Assembly (NCBI GenBank): GCA_965203515.1 | Contig: OZ241907.1 | Location: forward strand, 2,624,001-2,688,000 | Direction of reading: 5' to 3' | Length of the DNA: 64,000 bases | Source: Spirochaetia bacterium | Lineage (GTDB): Bacteria > Spirochaetota > Spirochaetia > SZUA-6 > Bin103 | Part shown: positions 53,323 to 63,840 of the stretch, in pieces | Position numbering within the stretch: position 1 is the first letter of the stretch | Layout of the letters: each line of letters begins with the position of its first letter | Translations under genes and position numbers: made by a program | The notes under the pieces: generated by a model | Databases searched by the model: none | What the model saw: only the letters and a program-made list of their open reading frames with translations | What the model was told of the DNA's origin: nothing

Positions 53323-54309
53323 ATGGTCGAGGTCACGGCACTGGGCAAGTCGTACGGTTCGGTGCGCGCGCTTGACGGCGTGCGCTTCTCGATCGCCGCC
53401 GGGGAGATCGTGGGCCTGCTGGGACCCAACGGCGCCGGCAAGACGACGGTACTCAAGATCCTCACCGGCTACCTGCAGCCGGATCACGGCACGGTCACGG
53501 TCGACGGCCTGGACGTGCTCACCGATGCCCTGGCGGTCCAGCAGCGCATCGGCTACTTGCCGGAGAACGCGCCGCTCTACCCGGAACTGACCGTGCAGTC
53601 GTACCTGCGCCACGTCGCCGAGCTGCGCCGCCTGTCCGCGGAGGAGGGACGCGCGCGGATCGCAGAGGCCCTTGCGAAGACCGGGTTGCTCGACCAGATG
53701 ACGCGGCCGATCGGGGAGCTGAGCAAGGGCTACCGCCAGCGCGTCGGGCTGGCGCAGGCGATCCTCCACCAGCCCAGGCTGCTGATCCTGGACGAGCCGA
53801 GCGTCGGGCTCGACCCGACGCAGATCGTGCAGATGCGCCGGCTGATCCGCGAGCTGGCCCGGCGGAGCACGGTGCTGTTCTCCACCCACATCCTGTCGGA
53901 GGTGGAAGCGCTGTGCGACCGCGCGGTGATCATCATGCAGGGCCGCATCCGCGCCGACGCGGACCTGGAGACGCTCGCCGCCGGCACCGCGGTGCTGCTC
54001 ACCCTGGCCCATGAGATGCCGGCCGTGCGCGAGCGGCTGCTGGCCATCCCGGGGGTCCAGGCGGCGGAGCGGGAGCGCGACGAGCGCGGCGTCCGGTACC
54101 GGATCACGGCCGGGGCGCCGGTCGACGCGCTCAGCCGCGCCGTGTTCGACGCGGCGGCCGCCGGCCGCTGGCCGGTGAGCGAGCTGCGCCACGAGCGGCG
54201 CACGCTGGAGATGGTGTTCGACGCGCTGGCCTCCGGCGCCGGCAACGGTTCCGCCGACAGCGATAGCGATGCTGCCGGCACGGGCGCCGACGACGAGGGG
54301 ACCGCATGA
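53323..54309 (+). CDS. ABC transporter ATP-binding protein (GldA-like)
   Basis: GPNGAGKT, LSKGYRQR, LDEP, STHIL. Confidence 0.92.
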   Translation: MVEVTALGKSYGSVRALDGVRFSIAAGEIVGLLGPNGAGKTTVLKILTGYLQPDHGTVTVDGLDVLTDALAVQQRIGYLPENAPLYPELTVQSYLRHVAELRRLSAEEGRARIAEALAKTGLLDQMTRPIGELSKGYRQRVGLAQAILHQPRLLILDEPSVGLDPTQIVQMRRLIRELARRSTVLFSTHILSEVEALCDRAVIIMQGRIRADADLETLAAGTAVLLTLAHEMPAVRERLLAIPGVQAAERERDERGVRYRITAGAPVDALSRAVFDAAAAGRWPVSELRHERRTLEMVFDALASGAGNGSADSDSDAAGTGADDEGTA

Positions 54310-57209
54310 CGCCGGCGCTGTCGGTCACGCGCAAGGAGGTGGTGAGCTACTTCAGCTCGCCGCTCGCCTTCATCGCCGTGGGCGCGTTCCTGGCGGCGGT
54401 CCTGTTCACCTTCTTCTGGGTGGAGGCGTTCTTCGCCCGCGGCGTCGCCGACCTGCGGCCCCTGTTTGCGTGGCTGCCGCTGCTGGTGATGCTGCTGGTG
54501 GCGGCGCTCGGCATGCGCCAATGGAGCGAGGAGCAGCGCTCCGGGACGCTGGAGATTCTGCTCACCCTGCCGGTGCGGCCGTTCTCGCTGGTGCTCGGCA
54601 AGTTCCTGGCGATCCAGGTGCTGGTGGCCACGGCGCTGCTGCTGACGCTGCCGCTGCCGCTGACGGTCGCGATGCTCGGCGACCTCGATCCCGGACCGGT
54701 GATCGGCGGCTACCTGGCGTCGCTGCTGATGGCCGGCGCCTACGCCGCGCTCGCCCTGTTCCTGTCGTCGCGGACCTCGAACCAGATCGTGGCGTTCATC
54801 TCGACCGCGGTGGTCGGCGGCGCGCTCTACCTGGTGGGCACGCCGGGCGTCACGGACTTCGCCGGCGGCGCCGGCGATCTGCTGCGGCAGATCGGCACCG
54901 GCAGCCGCTTCGCCTCGATCGAGCGCGGGGTCCTGGACCTCCGCGATCTGGTCTACTACCTGTCGCTCACCGCCGGCTTCCTGGTCGCCTGCGTGCTGGC
55001 GCTCGACGCCAAGCGCTGGAGCCGCGGCGCGGTGACCGCGCGCTACCGGCGGCGCGCGCTGGCCGCCGCCGCGCTGACCGCCGCCAACCTGATCGTGCTC
55101 AACGTGTGGCTGGGGCCGTTCGCGCGCCTGCGCGTCGACCTCACCGCCGACCGCGCCTACTCGCTGTCGCCGGCGACCGTCTCGCTGCTGCAGGACCTCG
55201 CCGAGCCGCTGCTGATCCGCGCCTACCTGAGCGAGCGCACCCATCCGCTGCTGGCGCCGCTGGCGCCGCAGATCGGCGGCCTGCTGGAGGAGTACCGCAT
55301 CGCCGGCCGCGGCGCCGTCACCGCCCAGGTGATCGACCCCGGCACCGACCCGCAAGCCGAGGAAGAGGCCGCGCAACGCTACAGCATCCGCCCCACGCCC
55401 TTCCAGGTCGAGGACCGCTTCGAGCAGGGCATCGTCAACTCCTACTTCGACGTGCTGGTCAGCTACGGCGATCAATACGAGGTGCTGGGGTTCCAGGACC
55501 TGATACGGATCGACCGCGGCCGCGGCGCCACCATCGAGGTGCGCCTGCGCAACTTCGAGTACGATCTGACGCGCGCCATCAAGAAGGCGTCGTCGGGGTT
55601 CCGCAGCATCGATTCGCTGTTCGCGGCGCTGCGCGGTGCGGCGGGGAGCGGTCCCGCGGAGCTGGCGCTGTACGTGACGCCGGCCACGCTGCCGGCCGAC
55701 CTGAACGAGCCGCGCGCCACGGTGGTGGAGGCCGCCCGCGCGCTGGCCGAGCGGTCGGGCGGCGCGCTGGCGTTCCGGGAGGTCGACCCCGGCCCCGGAG
55801 GAGCTGCGGGCCGGCAGGAGCTGGCCGACCGCTACGGCCTGCAGCCGATCTCCGCGTCGCTGTTCTCGACGGAGACCTACTACTTCGACCTGATCCTCAC
55901 GTCCGGCGATCAGGCGTTCATCGTGCGGCCCAAGGACGAGTACAGCGCGGCTTCGGTCACCGCGGCGGTGGAGGCGGCGCTGAAGCGGATCGCCCCCGGC
56001 TTTCTGCGCACCGTCGGCGTCAGCCTGCCCCCCGCCGTCCCCACCCAGGACCCGTTCGGCAGGCCGCAGCAGCCGTTCGCCTCGTGGGAGCTTCTGCAGC
56101 AGCAGCTCGCCGGCGACTATGCGGTGCAGGACGTCGACCTGAACGATGGTGAAGTACCGCCGCAGGTCGACGCGCTGGTGGTCGTGGCGCCGCAGGCGCT
56201 GAGCGACCGGGAGCGCTTCGCGGTCGATCAGTATCTGATGCGGGGCGGCGCGCTGCTGGTGGCGGCCGGCAGCCACCGCGCCGACGCCGACCCGTTCACG
56301 GGCGGTCTCACCTTGAGCCGGGCCGGACAGGGGATGGCGGCGCTCCTGGAATCCTACGGCGTGGGCGTGGCGTCGAGCGTCGTCATGGACCCGCAGAACG
56401 AGTCGTTTCCCACGACGGTGCAGAGCGGCTCGATCCTGCAGATTCGCGCCGTCGATTATCCGTACTTCGTCGACGTGCGCCGCGACGGCATGTCACGGAC
56501 CCATCCGATCACCTCGTCCCTGGAGGCGGTCACCCTCAACTGGGCGTCGCCGCTGACCGTGGACGGAGCGTTGGCGGCCGGCCGACAGGTCGACGTACTG
56601 CTGCGCTCGACGGTCGAGGCGTGGACCGTCGAGCAGCCGAGCGCGCAGCCGGACTTCGACAGCTTTCCGAACACCGGCTTCGCGGCCGGCGACGACCGCC
56701 AGGAATGGCCGCTGGCGGTGACCGTCACCGGGCGGTTCGACAGCGCCTTCGCGGCGTCCGGGCCGCCCGGCGAGGACGCGGCCGACCGGCGCTCCATGAT
56801 CGACGCCTCGCCGGACGATACCCGACTGGTGGTGTTCGGCAGCGGCGAGTTCCTCAACGACACGATCATGAGCCTTTCGGCCAGCCTGCACGGAGAGCGC
56901 TACCGCAACAGCCTGCAGGCGCTGCAGAACGCCGTGGACTGGGCGGTGGAGGACCTGGACCTGCTGGGCATCCGTTCGGAGGGCGCCGTGACCCGGCTGC
57001 TCCTGCCGATCGACGACGCGGCCGAACGCGCCTGGGAGGTGGTCAACTACGTCGTGGTGGCGCTGCTGCTGGCGGGGGTGGGCATCGTGTGGTGGATGCG
57101 CCGGCGCGGCGAGCGTCCGATGTACGGCCCGACTGCCGGCGACGACGCGCCGCCGGAAGATCGGCAACCGGCCGACCGGCAGCCGGCCGGCCGGGAGGCG
57201 GCGCCTTGA
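54306..57209 (+). CDS. Fused ABC-2 permease (GldF-like) and GldG/ABC_transp_aux protein
   Basis: SEEQRSGTLEILLT..., RVDLTADRAYSLS, EYDLTRAI, DQYLMRGG, NAVDWA, C-terminal TM helix. Confidence 0.9.
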   Translation: MTPALSVTRKEVVSYFSSPLAFIAVGAFLAAVLFTFFWVEAFFARGVADLRPLFAWLPLLVMLLVAALGMRQWSEEQRSGTLEILLTLPVRPFSLVLGKFLAIQVLVATALLLTLPLPLTVAMLGDLDPGPVIGGYLASLLMAGAYAALALFLSSRTSNQIVAFISTAVVGGALYLVGTPGVTDFAGGAGDLLRQIGTGSRFASIERGVLDLRDLVYYLSLTAGFLVACVLALDAKRWSRGAVTARYRRRALAAAALTAANLIVLNVWLGPFARLRVDLTADRAYSLSPATVSLLQDLAEPLLIRAYLSERTHPLLAPLAPQIGGLLEEYRIAGRGAVTAQVIDPGTDPQAEEEAAQRYSIRPTPFQVEDRFEQGIVNSYFDVLVSYGDQYEVLGFQDLIRIDRGRGATIEVRLRNFEYDLTRAIKKASSGFRSIDSLFAALRGAAGSGPAELALYVTPATLPADLNEPRATVVEAARALAERSGGALAFREVDPGPGGAAGRQELADRYGLQPISASLFSTETYYFDLILTSGDQAFIVRPKDEYSAASVTAAVEAALKRIAPGFLRTVGVSLPPAVPTQDPFGRPQQPFASWELLQQQLAGDYAVQDVDLNDGEVPPQVDALVVVAPQALSDRERFAVDQYLMRGGALLVAAGSHRADADPFTGGLTLSRAGQGMAALLESYGVGVASSVVMDPQNESFPTTVQSGSILQIRAVDYPYFVDVRRDGMSRTHPITSSLEAVTLNWASPLTVDGALAAGRQVDVLLRSTVEAWTVEQPSAQPDFDSFPNTGFAAGDDRQEWPLAVTVTGRFDSAFAASGPPGEDAADRRSMIDASPDDTRLVVFGSGEFLNDTIMSLSASLHGERYRNSLQALQNAVDWAVEDLDLLGIRSEGAVTRLLLPIDDAAERAWEVVNYVVVALLLAGVGIVWWMRRRGERPMYGPTAGDDAPPEDRQPADRQPAGREAAP

Positions 57210-58195
57210 GCGCGTCCCTGCTTCGTGAACGCGGCGTGACCGTGCTGGCGGCGGTGCTGGTCGCGCAGATCGCGGTGCTGGCCGTCACGCGACTGCCCGG
57301 CCGGGAGGCGGCGCCGGAGCCGCTGCTTGCCGGCCTCACCGCCGGAGCGGCGGAGCGTATCGAGATCGACGACGGCGCGGGCGGAAGCGTCGTCATGGCC
57401 CGTCAGGAGACCGACTGGGTGCTGAGCGACGCCGGCGGCTATCCCGCCGACGGCGCGCGCGTAGCCGACCTGCTCGACCGGCTCGTCGCCGCCCGGCGGG
57501 ACCGACTGGTGGCGCGCACCGACGCCGGCCGGCGCGAGCTGCGCGTGCTGCCGGACGATTTCGAGCGCCGCCTGCGGATCGCTGCCGGGACCGGCGCGTA
57601 CCTGTTCTACGTCGGCGCCGCGGCCGGCACGCGCGGCGCGCACGTGCGGGTCGACGGCGAGGACGAGGTCTGGAGCGTGGATGGGTTGGCGCCGTGGCAG
57701 GTATCGGCCGACCGGTCGTCCTGGGTCGATCCGGTCTACGTGCGCGTCGAGTCCGATCGGGTCGCCGCCTTCGAGCTGGAGAACGCGGCCGGCTCGTTTC
57801 GCTTCGAGCGGTCGGACGAGGGGTGGACTTCGCCCGCGCTGGGCGACGGCGAGGTCGTGGACCAGGAGCGCGTGACCGCCTTCGTGGACCGCTTCAGCTC
57901 GCTGCGGATGCGGCAGCCGCTCGGCGCCGAGCCGCCCGATGGCGCCGGGCTCGACCGGCCGGCGGCGGTCGTGAGGATCGATCCGAGGCCGGATGAGGAC
58001 GGCGCCGCCGGCGGCCTGGAGCTCGTCATCGGCGCGGGCGGGGACGACGGCGCCTACGTCGTGAAGAGCACCGATTCGGAGTACTATGTAGAGGTGTCGA
58101 GCTTCACCCTCGCCGATCTGGTCGACGCCGACCGCTCGGCGTTCGTGATGGCCGGCGATGCGGGCGGCTCGCCTGCCGGCGATGCAGCTCGATGA
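57206..58195 (+). CDS. DUF4340 domain protein
   Basis: TTGA overlap, N-terminal TM helix, two repeats of W......YPAD...V..LL; typical position after gldG. Confidence 0.8.
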   Translation: MSASLLRERGVTVLAAVLVAQIAVLAVTRLPGREAAPEPLLAGLTAGAAERIEIDDGAGGSVVMARQETDWVLSDAGGYPADGARVADLLDRLVAARRDRLVARTDAGRRELRVLPDDFERRLRIAAGTGAYLFYVGAAAGTRGAHVRVDGEDEVWSVDGLAPWQVSADRSSWVDPVYVRVESDRVAAFELENAAGSFRFERSDEGWTSPALGDGEVVDQERVTAFVDRFSSLRMRQPLGAEPPDGAGLDRPAAVVRIDPRPDEDGAAGGLELVIGAGGDDGAYVVKSTDSEYYVEVSSFTLADLVDADRSAFVMAGDAGGSPAGDAAR

Positions 58196-58207
58196 GCGGC
58201 CGGCCCG

Positions 58208-58277
58208 CGCACGTCGGCCGCGCACGTTCGGGAAACGCATGTTCGGCGGAACGCACGGTTTCGTAACGCACTTTCGG
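58208..58277 (+). repeat. Five imperfect direct repeats (consensus CGCACGTTCGG) upstream of the aldehyde dehydrogenase
   Basis: Copies start at 58208, 58221, 58236, 58252 and 58267. Confidence 0.6.
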
Positions 58278-58290
58278 AGGTAAGGATCGA

Positions 58291-59703
58291 ATGAAGATGC
58301 TTGTAGGCGGCGCCTGGGTCGATGCCGCCGAGACCATTGACGTACTCAACCCGTTCGACGGATCGGTCGTGGACACGGTGCCGCGGGCGACCCTGGACGA
58401 CGTGCAGACCGCGCTGGCGACCGCGCAGCGGGCTGCCAGGCAGGTAGCCGCCATGACCGGCTACGAGCGCTACGAGATCCTGCACCGCGCGTCGGAACTG
58501 ATGGCCGAGCGGGCCGGGGAACTGTCCAGGATCATCACCCTGGAGGAAGGCAAGCCGGTCAGCGAGGCGGACCTGGAAGTGACGCGCGCCACCGAGATCA
58601 TCGCCCTGTCGGCTGAGGAGGCCAAGCGCCTGGGCGGCGAGGTGCTGCCGCTGGACGGGGCGCCCGGCGTGCGCGACAAGGTCGGCTTCACGCTGCGCGT
58701 GCCGTGCGGGGTCGTCGTCGGCGTCAGCCCGTTCAACTTCCCGCTGCACCTGGTCTGCCACAAGGTCGGCCCCGCCTTCGCGGCCGGCAACGCCATCATC
58801 CTCAAGCCGGCGACCGACACCCCGCTGTCGGGCCTGAAGGTCGTGGAGCTGCTGCTGGACGCCGGCGCCCCGCCGGAGGCGGTGCAGTGCCTGACCGGTC
58901 AGGGCGGCCGGATCGGCGACGCGCTGTGCGCCGACCCGCGCGTGCGCAAGATCACCTTCACCGGCAGCCGCGACGTGGGCGAGCACATCTGCAAGGTGGC
59001 CGGCTTGAAGAAGGTGACCATGGAGCTCGGCTCCAACGCGCCGTTCGTGGTGATGCCGGACGCCGATCCGGAAAAGGTCGCCAAGGCGGCGGCCATGTCG
59101 GGCTATTCCAACGCCGGACAGGTCTGCATCTCCACGCAACGCGTGCTGGCGCACAAGGACGTGTACGGCAGCTTCGTCGACGCCTTCAAGGCGGAGGTGG
59201 AAGCGATCAACACCGGCGATCCGCTGCAGGCCGACAGCAAGATGGGGCCGATGATCCGCCAGTCCGACGCCGAACGCGTGGAGGGCTGGGTGACGGAGGC
59301 GGTCACCGGCGGCGCCACGCTGGTCACCGGCGGCGGCCGCGACGGACAGATCATGCAGCCGACCGTGGTGGAGGGCGTCAGCCCCGAGATGCGCATCTCC
59401 TGCGACGAGGTGTTCGGCCCGGTGGTGGGGATCACCAAGGTCGACGACATCGACCAGGCGATCGCGCTGGCCAACGACACCAACTACGGCCTGAGCGCCG
59501 CCATCTTCACGGAGAACGTCAACTGGGCCATGCAATACGTGCGGCAGGTCGAATCCGGCAACATCCACGTCAACTGGGGCACCCAGTGGCGGGCCGACCT
59601 GATGCCGTACGGCGGGCTCAAGGACTCCGGCATGGGCAAGGAAGGGCCGAAGTACGCGGTCGAGGAGATGACCGAGCTGAAGATGTGCGTCTTCCACCTG
59701 TAG
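58291..59703 (+). CDS. Aldehyde dehydrogenase
   Basis: PFNFP, FTGS, MELGSN, AGQVCIS, EVFGP, PYGGLKDSG. Confidence 0.96.
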   Translation: MKMLVGGAWVDAAETIDVLNPFDGSVVDTVPRATLDDVQTALATAQRAARQVAAMTGYERYEILHRASELMAERAGELSRIITLEEGKPVSEADLEVTRATEIIALSAEEAKRLGGEVLPLDGAPGVRDKVGFTLRVPCGVVVGVSPFNFPLHLVCHKVGPAFAAGNAIILKPATDTPLSGLKVVELLLDAGAPPEAVQCLTGQGGRIGDALCADPRVRKITFTGSRDVGEHICKVAGLKKVTMELGSNAPFVVMPDADPEKVAKAAAMSGYSNAGQVCISTQRVLAHKDVYGSFVDAFKAEVEAINTGDPLQADSKMGPMIRQSDAERVEGWVTEAVTGGATLVTGGGRDGQIMQPTVVEGVSPEMRISCDEVFGPVVGITKVDDIDQAIALANDTNYGLSAAIFTENVNWAMQYVRQVESGNIHVNWGTQWRADLMPYGGLKDSGMGKEGPKYAVEEMTELKMCVFHL

Positions 59704-59707
59704 GCGC

Positions 59708-59944
59708 GTGATGGCGGTACGCATGTACACGACGCCGAGCTGCGGCTACTGCACGCAGTTGAAGCGCTACCTGCGCGAGCGGCAGGTGAAGTTCGTGGAG
59801 TACGACGTCAGCCGCGACGAACGCAAGGCGGCCGAAATGGCGCACCGTTCCGGCCAGCACGGCGTGCCGGTGCTCGACTACCACGGCACCGTCGTGGTCG
59901 GCTTCGACCGCGACCGCATCGACCGCCTGATCGCCCGCGGTTGA
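59708..59944 (+). CDS. Glutaredoxin / NrdH-redoxin-like protein
   Basis: YTTPSCGYC, GVPV, VVGFD. Confidence 0.92.
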   Translation: MMAVRMYTTPSCGYCTQLKRYLRERQVKFVEYDVSRDERKAAEMAHRSGQHGVPVLDYHGTVVVGFDRDRIDRLIARG

Positions 59945-59960
59945 CCCGCCGGGAACTCGG

Positions 59961-59999
59961 AGTCTGTCGGATCGGCCGCTGGCGCCGATCCGACAGACT
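59961..59999. terminator. Strong hairpin between convergent genes (probable bidirectional terminator)
   Basis: Perfect 16-bp stem AGTCTGTCGGATCGGC / GCCGATCCGACAGACT with a 7-nt loop. Confidence 0.7.
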
Positions 60000-60011
60000 G
60001 ATGGATGCTCC

Positions 60012-62245
60012 TCAGCCGATCCTCTCCACGAGAGATTCATAGAACTCCCGATCCCCGGGTCTTGTGCTTCGGTCAGTATGGCTTTCGATCGTTTGACGTG
60101 AATGAGCTCTGTTCCGCTGCCCGACACTGGCTTCCGTTCGCGTCGCACCAAGTCATGCTCCTCCAGGAGCTCGAGCAGGTCGCTCCACCATGGATCGGCG
60201 ACGTAGGTCTGGAAATGAGTCTGTTTGTCCAGGGGGAGCCAATACGGTTTGGCGCGGCACACGCGACCTAGCAGCCTCAGAAGAGGATGGTCTCGCAAGC
60301 TTGGTGGCACCAGACCGGTATCATCATGGTCGCCGTGTTCGCTCCTCCCGTGTTTGCCGAGCCAGTTTTCGATTTGGACGGGGTCGGTGATCACCTCGGT
60401 CGATTGCGCGCTGGGTCCCGCGCGTTGGAGCCGCGCGGGAATGGGAAGCGAGACCGGTACGCGCGTAGCTTCATCGACGACGAGCGTGACGATCCTGGTC
60501 GCCTCGAACGTCAGAGCCTGAAGATCGGCGCCCCTGACATCCAACTGATTCACGGTCCCGTGATGAAATATGGCGGTCGGCACGGTCCCCCGTATCAACG
60601 CTTCGTCGATGTCGAGATTACGGAGCTCGAGATCGGGCCCTCCTTCCATCGCCGGGAGCATCGTGACCAGACAGGCGCCGAGATTGCGCACGCCTTGATC
60701 GATCCATGCATAGGTCTCCACCTCACGGGAGGCCGATCTGAAGAATTCGCCGATTCGTTCCGAGTCCGTTCCGGCCATCGCCGCAACCAGGTCGCTGAAC
60801 GCAGACAGGAAGTCAGCTCCCATGATATTCCGCCTGACGTACTTCGGAATCTCTCCCTTCACGATCGCGTCGATCGTCTCCAGCCCCAGAAAGTGATGGT
60901 AGATCTGGGAGTGGGCGAATCGCCGATAGTTTGGCGCGTCGTCCTGCTCCATGAACGCCGTGAACGCGACTCGGTTCTTCAGCAATCTGACGACTTCCGG
61001 AGACATGCCTGCGGGCACCACCGCATCGACCGCTGCCTCGACCACCCACGTCAGCATCTGCTCATCGATCGCTTCCGTCCGGTCGTCCGCCATCGTCCGC
61101 GCGGCCTCGCGAAGAAGACTCCGCAGATAGTCTCGGCGCTCGTCTTCGTTCAGGACCTCGGCGACCGGGCCGCCGAACTTGCCCGCTTCGCGATCGATCA
61201 TCGAATCGATGAGGAAGCCGAGCAGACTCCCGGCTGCCTTTTGCCTGATGTTCGAAGCCATTTCGGGATCGGAGAGCTGAGATAGAAAGAAGGGACGCAA
61301 CGCATAGGAGTCCGGCTCGAAGAGCGCTTCGGCGGATCGCAGATCGTCGTCCGACCAGTTGTTCTTTTTCAGCCAGCTCTTGGCGATAGCTGGCTCGGGA
61401 GCCTGCAAGGTCATCACGTCGACGATGTCGCGTTCAGTCAGTGAAGTGATGCGCGCTTGGATGCGTTCGAGGCCGATGAACGTCTCCCGTCCCGCGAGGA
61501 TGAGGGTGCCCCAGCCGCGAACCTGACCGACGAGCTCGTTGATCTGACCCCATGCCAAGTCGTATCCGTCAGGATCCGCCAACTCATCGAAACCATCGAT
61601 GGCCAGGGTCACCAATCCATGCCGGACGAGCACCGGAAGTTGATCGAACGTGAGCGCCAAGCGCAGTTTCTGCAGGCTGAACGCGATCATGTCCTGCAGG
61701 TGGGTGAGTATGCGGCCGCGACTCTGTACGTGGAGCACGAGCGGCCGCCGACGGGTCCGGAATGTTTCGGCGCGAGAGAGCGCAAGCGACGAGATGAACG
61801 TGGTCTTGCCGATGCCCGCCGGGCCGTCGATCAGCATGACGTGGACCGATTGACCGTCGTGACCGTGCGTCGTCAAGCGGTCGTCGAGCGTATCGATGTC
61901 AATCGGATCGTTGCCGTCCGGGAGTGATCCGGTAACGGGGATGGGATCGATACCTCTCCTCCGGGCTTGCCGCAGAGCGATCTTCTGGTGTTCCGCCCAT
62001 GCCCTCAGGTCGCCCCATCCTTCCGATGCCAGGAGCGCCCGATACGACGCGTGGGATCGCGATTTGCCGGTGTCCACGGAACGCTCGCTCACCTTTCCGG
62101 CGCCATCATCATGGAACCGAAGTTCCAGCTCTTCTCCTTGACGGATCATCCTGACCAGCTGATCGCCGCGAAACGTCGGCGGCTCGGTACCGAGGTCGGC
62201 GAACACGATCAAGTCCTCGAGGATCTGCGAGCTGTCGAGATTCAT
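60012..62245 (-). CDS. STAND/NACHT-like P-loop NTPase; probable frameshift near the C-terminus (~60050)
   Basis: Walker A DGPAGIGKT, Walker B LAIDGFDE, LAGRETF, RPFFL, FAH; adding one base near 60050 gives ...IREFYESLVERIG* ending at 60012, just before the hairpin. Confidence 0.78.
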
Positions 62246-62607
62246 CGGTTCGCCTCCATCATCAGTCCGTCCAATTTCAGGTAGGGTCCCTTCTTACGGG
62301 ACCGTACGATATACACGCGGCCGCCATGCGGTTTGGTCCACGCTTCGGCGGCCAAGACGGGCGGTACGAAGTCGTCGTCTTCGGAGAGGATCAGCGCCCA
62401 CTCACCCGGATCGCTGCGCGCCCAGCTCAGAAGGTCGGCGGCCAGCGCCGTATCGACCGTCTTCTCGTTCTCCGCATGCCGGGTCTGTTCGCGCAATGTG
62501 TTCGGCAGGTGGATCGGGGGTCGCGCATGTCGACGTTCCGGCAGCGCGGACAGCAGGGTGTGCCCGGTAATGACGCCGTGCTCCGGTTCGGACCGAGTCT
62601 CATCCGG
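62242..62607 (-). pseudogene. 5'-truncated NYN (PIN-like) nuclease domain
   Basis: EKTVDTALAADLL and LILSEDDDFVP match NYN motifs K.VD..L..D and S.D.DF.P; the N-terminal DxxN is missing; ATGA overlap with the NTPase. Confidence 0.7.
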
Positions 62608-63315
62608 TCACCGCTGTTGCAGGTAGCTGCGGCGCCGCTCGGGGGCGAACTTCTCTATGGCGTAGCGGAGCATGGTGCGCGGCATGCGCGCGGCATGGCG
62701 GTCGAGGAAGCGCTCCTCGACCGCCTGGTCGCGCTTGCCGATTTCGCGCAGCATCCAGCCGACCGCCTTGTGGATCAGGTCGTGCGGGTGGTCGCGCAGC
62801 AGCTCGGCCAGCCGCAGCGTGTCGTCGAACTGGCCGGCCTGGATGAACCGGAAGGTGGCCAGCACCGCGACGCGCTGGCGCCACAGGCGCCCGGAGCGCG
62901 CCAGCTCGTAGAGCACGGCGCGGTCGCGGCTCAGCAGATGGGCGCCCAGGATGTGCGGCGCCGACCCGTCAACCAAGTCCCAACTGTTCACCGCGTCGAG
63001 CTGCTGCAGGTAGAAGGCGGCGATCGTCTCCCGGTCTGCCGGCGCCGCGCGCCGGTAGCGCTCGGTCAGCACGAACAGCCCCGCCTGCCGGTGCTCGTGG
63101 TACGGGCTCGCCAGCACGTCGGCCAAGTCGGGCAGCGGCAGATCGCGATGGCGGCGGACGATCGCCCGCACCTGCGGGACGCGCAGCCCCAGGAAGCGGT
63201 CACCTTCGCCGTATTCGCCGGGTCCCGTGCGAAAGAACCGCTGCAGGTGCCGCGCCTGCTCGGGATCGGCGGCGCCGTCCAGTTCCGCGCACAGCGCGCG
63301 CGCCGCGTGCCTCAT
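62608..63315 (-). CDS. alkD: DNA alkylation repair protein (AlkD-like)
   Basis: FFRTGPGEYGEGDRFLG, NSWDLVD, HDLIHKAVGWMLRE, RTMLRYAIE. Confidence 0.92.
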   Translation of the reverse strand: MRHAARALCAELDGAADPEQARHLQRFFRTGPGEYGEGDRFLGLRVPQVRAIVRRHRDLPLPDLADVLASPYHEHRQAGLFVLTERYRRAAPADRETIAAFYLQQLDAVNSWDLVDGSAPHILGAHLLSRDRAVLYELARSGRLWRQRVAVLATFRFIQAGQFDDTLRLAELLRDHPHDLIHKAVGWMLREIGKRDQAVEERFLDRHAARMPRTMLRYAIEKFAPERRRSYLQQR

Positions 63316-63375
63316 CGCTCGTCGATCATAGCGTGCCGACCGATTCCCGGCAGCGCCCGCGAACGTCGGCCGCGG

Positions 63376-63813
63376 CTACAACATGCTCAGCAGGCGGGCG
63401 ACCGTGGCGGCGCCGACGCCGATCAGCAGGCCGACGACCACCTCCGGGATGGAGTGCCCGACGTCATGCGAGGTCGCCGGCCGGCTCTCTTCGGGCATGG
63501 GCGCGACCACCTCGCGCAGAGCTTCGGAGTTGATCTGAATCGCGCCGCGCACGCGGATCGTGTCGTAGATGATGATCAGGCTGAACGCGCAGGAGATCGC
63601 GAACAGGTCGGAGGCGATACCGGCGCGCAGGGCGATGGCGGTGGTGAGCGTCGCCACGAAGGCGGTATGGGACGACGGCATGCCGCCGGCGGCGAACAGC
63701 CGCCGCCATGCAAAGGAACGCGAGCGCGACGAGCCGACGATCATCTTGAAGACTTGGCAACCCAACTGGACCACGACGGCCACGATCAGGGGTGCGCTCA
63801 CGCCGGCCGCCAT
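63376..63813 (-). CDS. Divergent PAP2 family protein (DUF212/YuiD-like)
   Basis: GGMPSSHTA, YD...VR, GHS..EV. Confidence 0.9.
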   Translation of the reverse strand: MAAGVSAPLIVAVVVQLGCQVFKMIVGSSRSRSFAWRRLFAAGGMPSSHTAFVATLTTAIALRAGIASDLFAISCAFSLIIIYDTIRVRGAIQINSEALREVVAPMPEESRPATSHDVGHSIPEVVVGLLIGVGAATVARLLSML

Positions 63814-63840
63814 CGGGACACCCTATGATACCATGAGCGA

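Noticed and set aside
53323..58195. Gliding motility system
   Set aside because: GldA/F/G-like ABC modules with DUF4340 are widespread in non-gliding bacteria; no other gld/spr genes are present
59618..60011. C-terminal ~130 aa of the 875-aa ORF
   Set aside because: It runs through a terminator and antisense across glutaredoxin and ALDH; better explained by a frameshift near 60050
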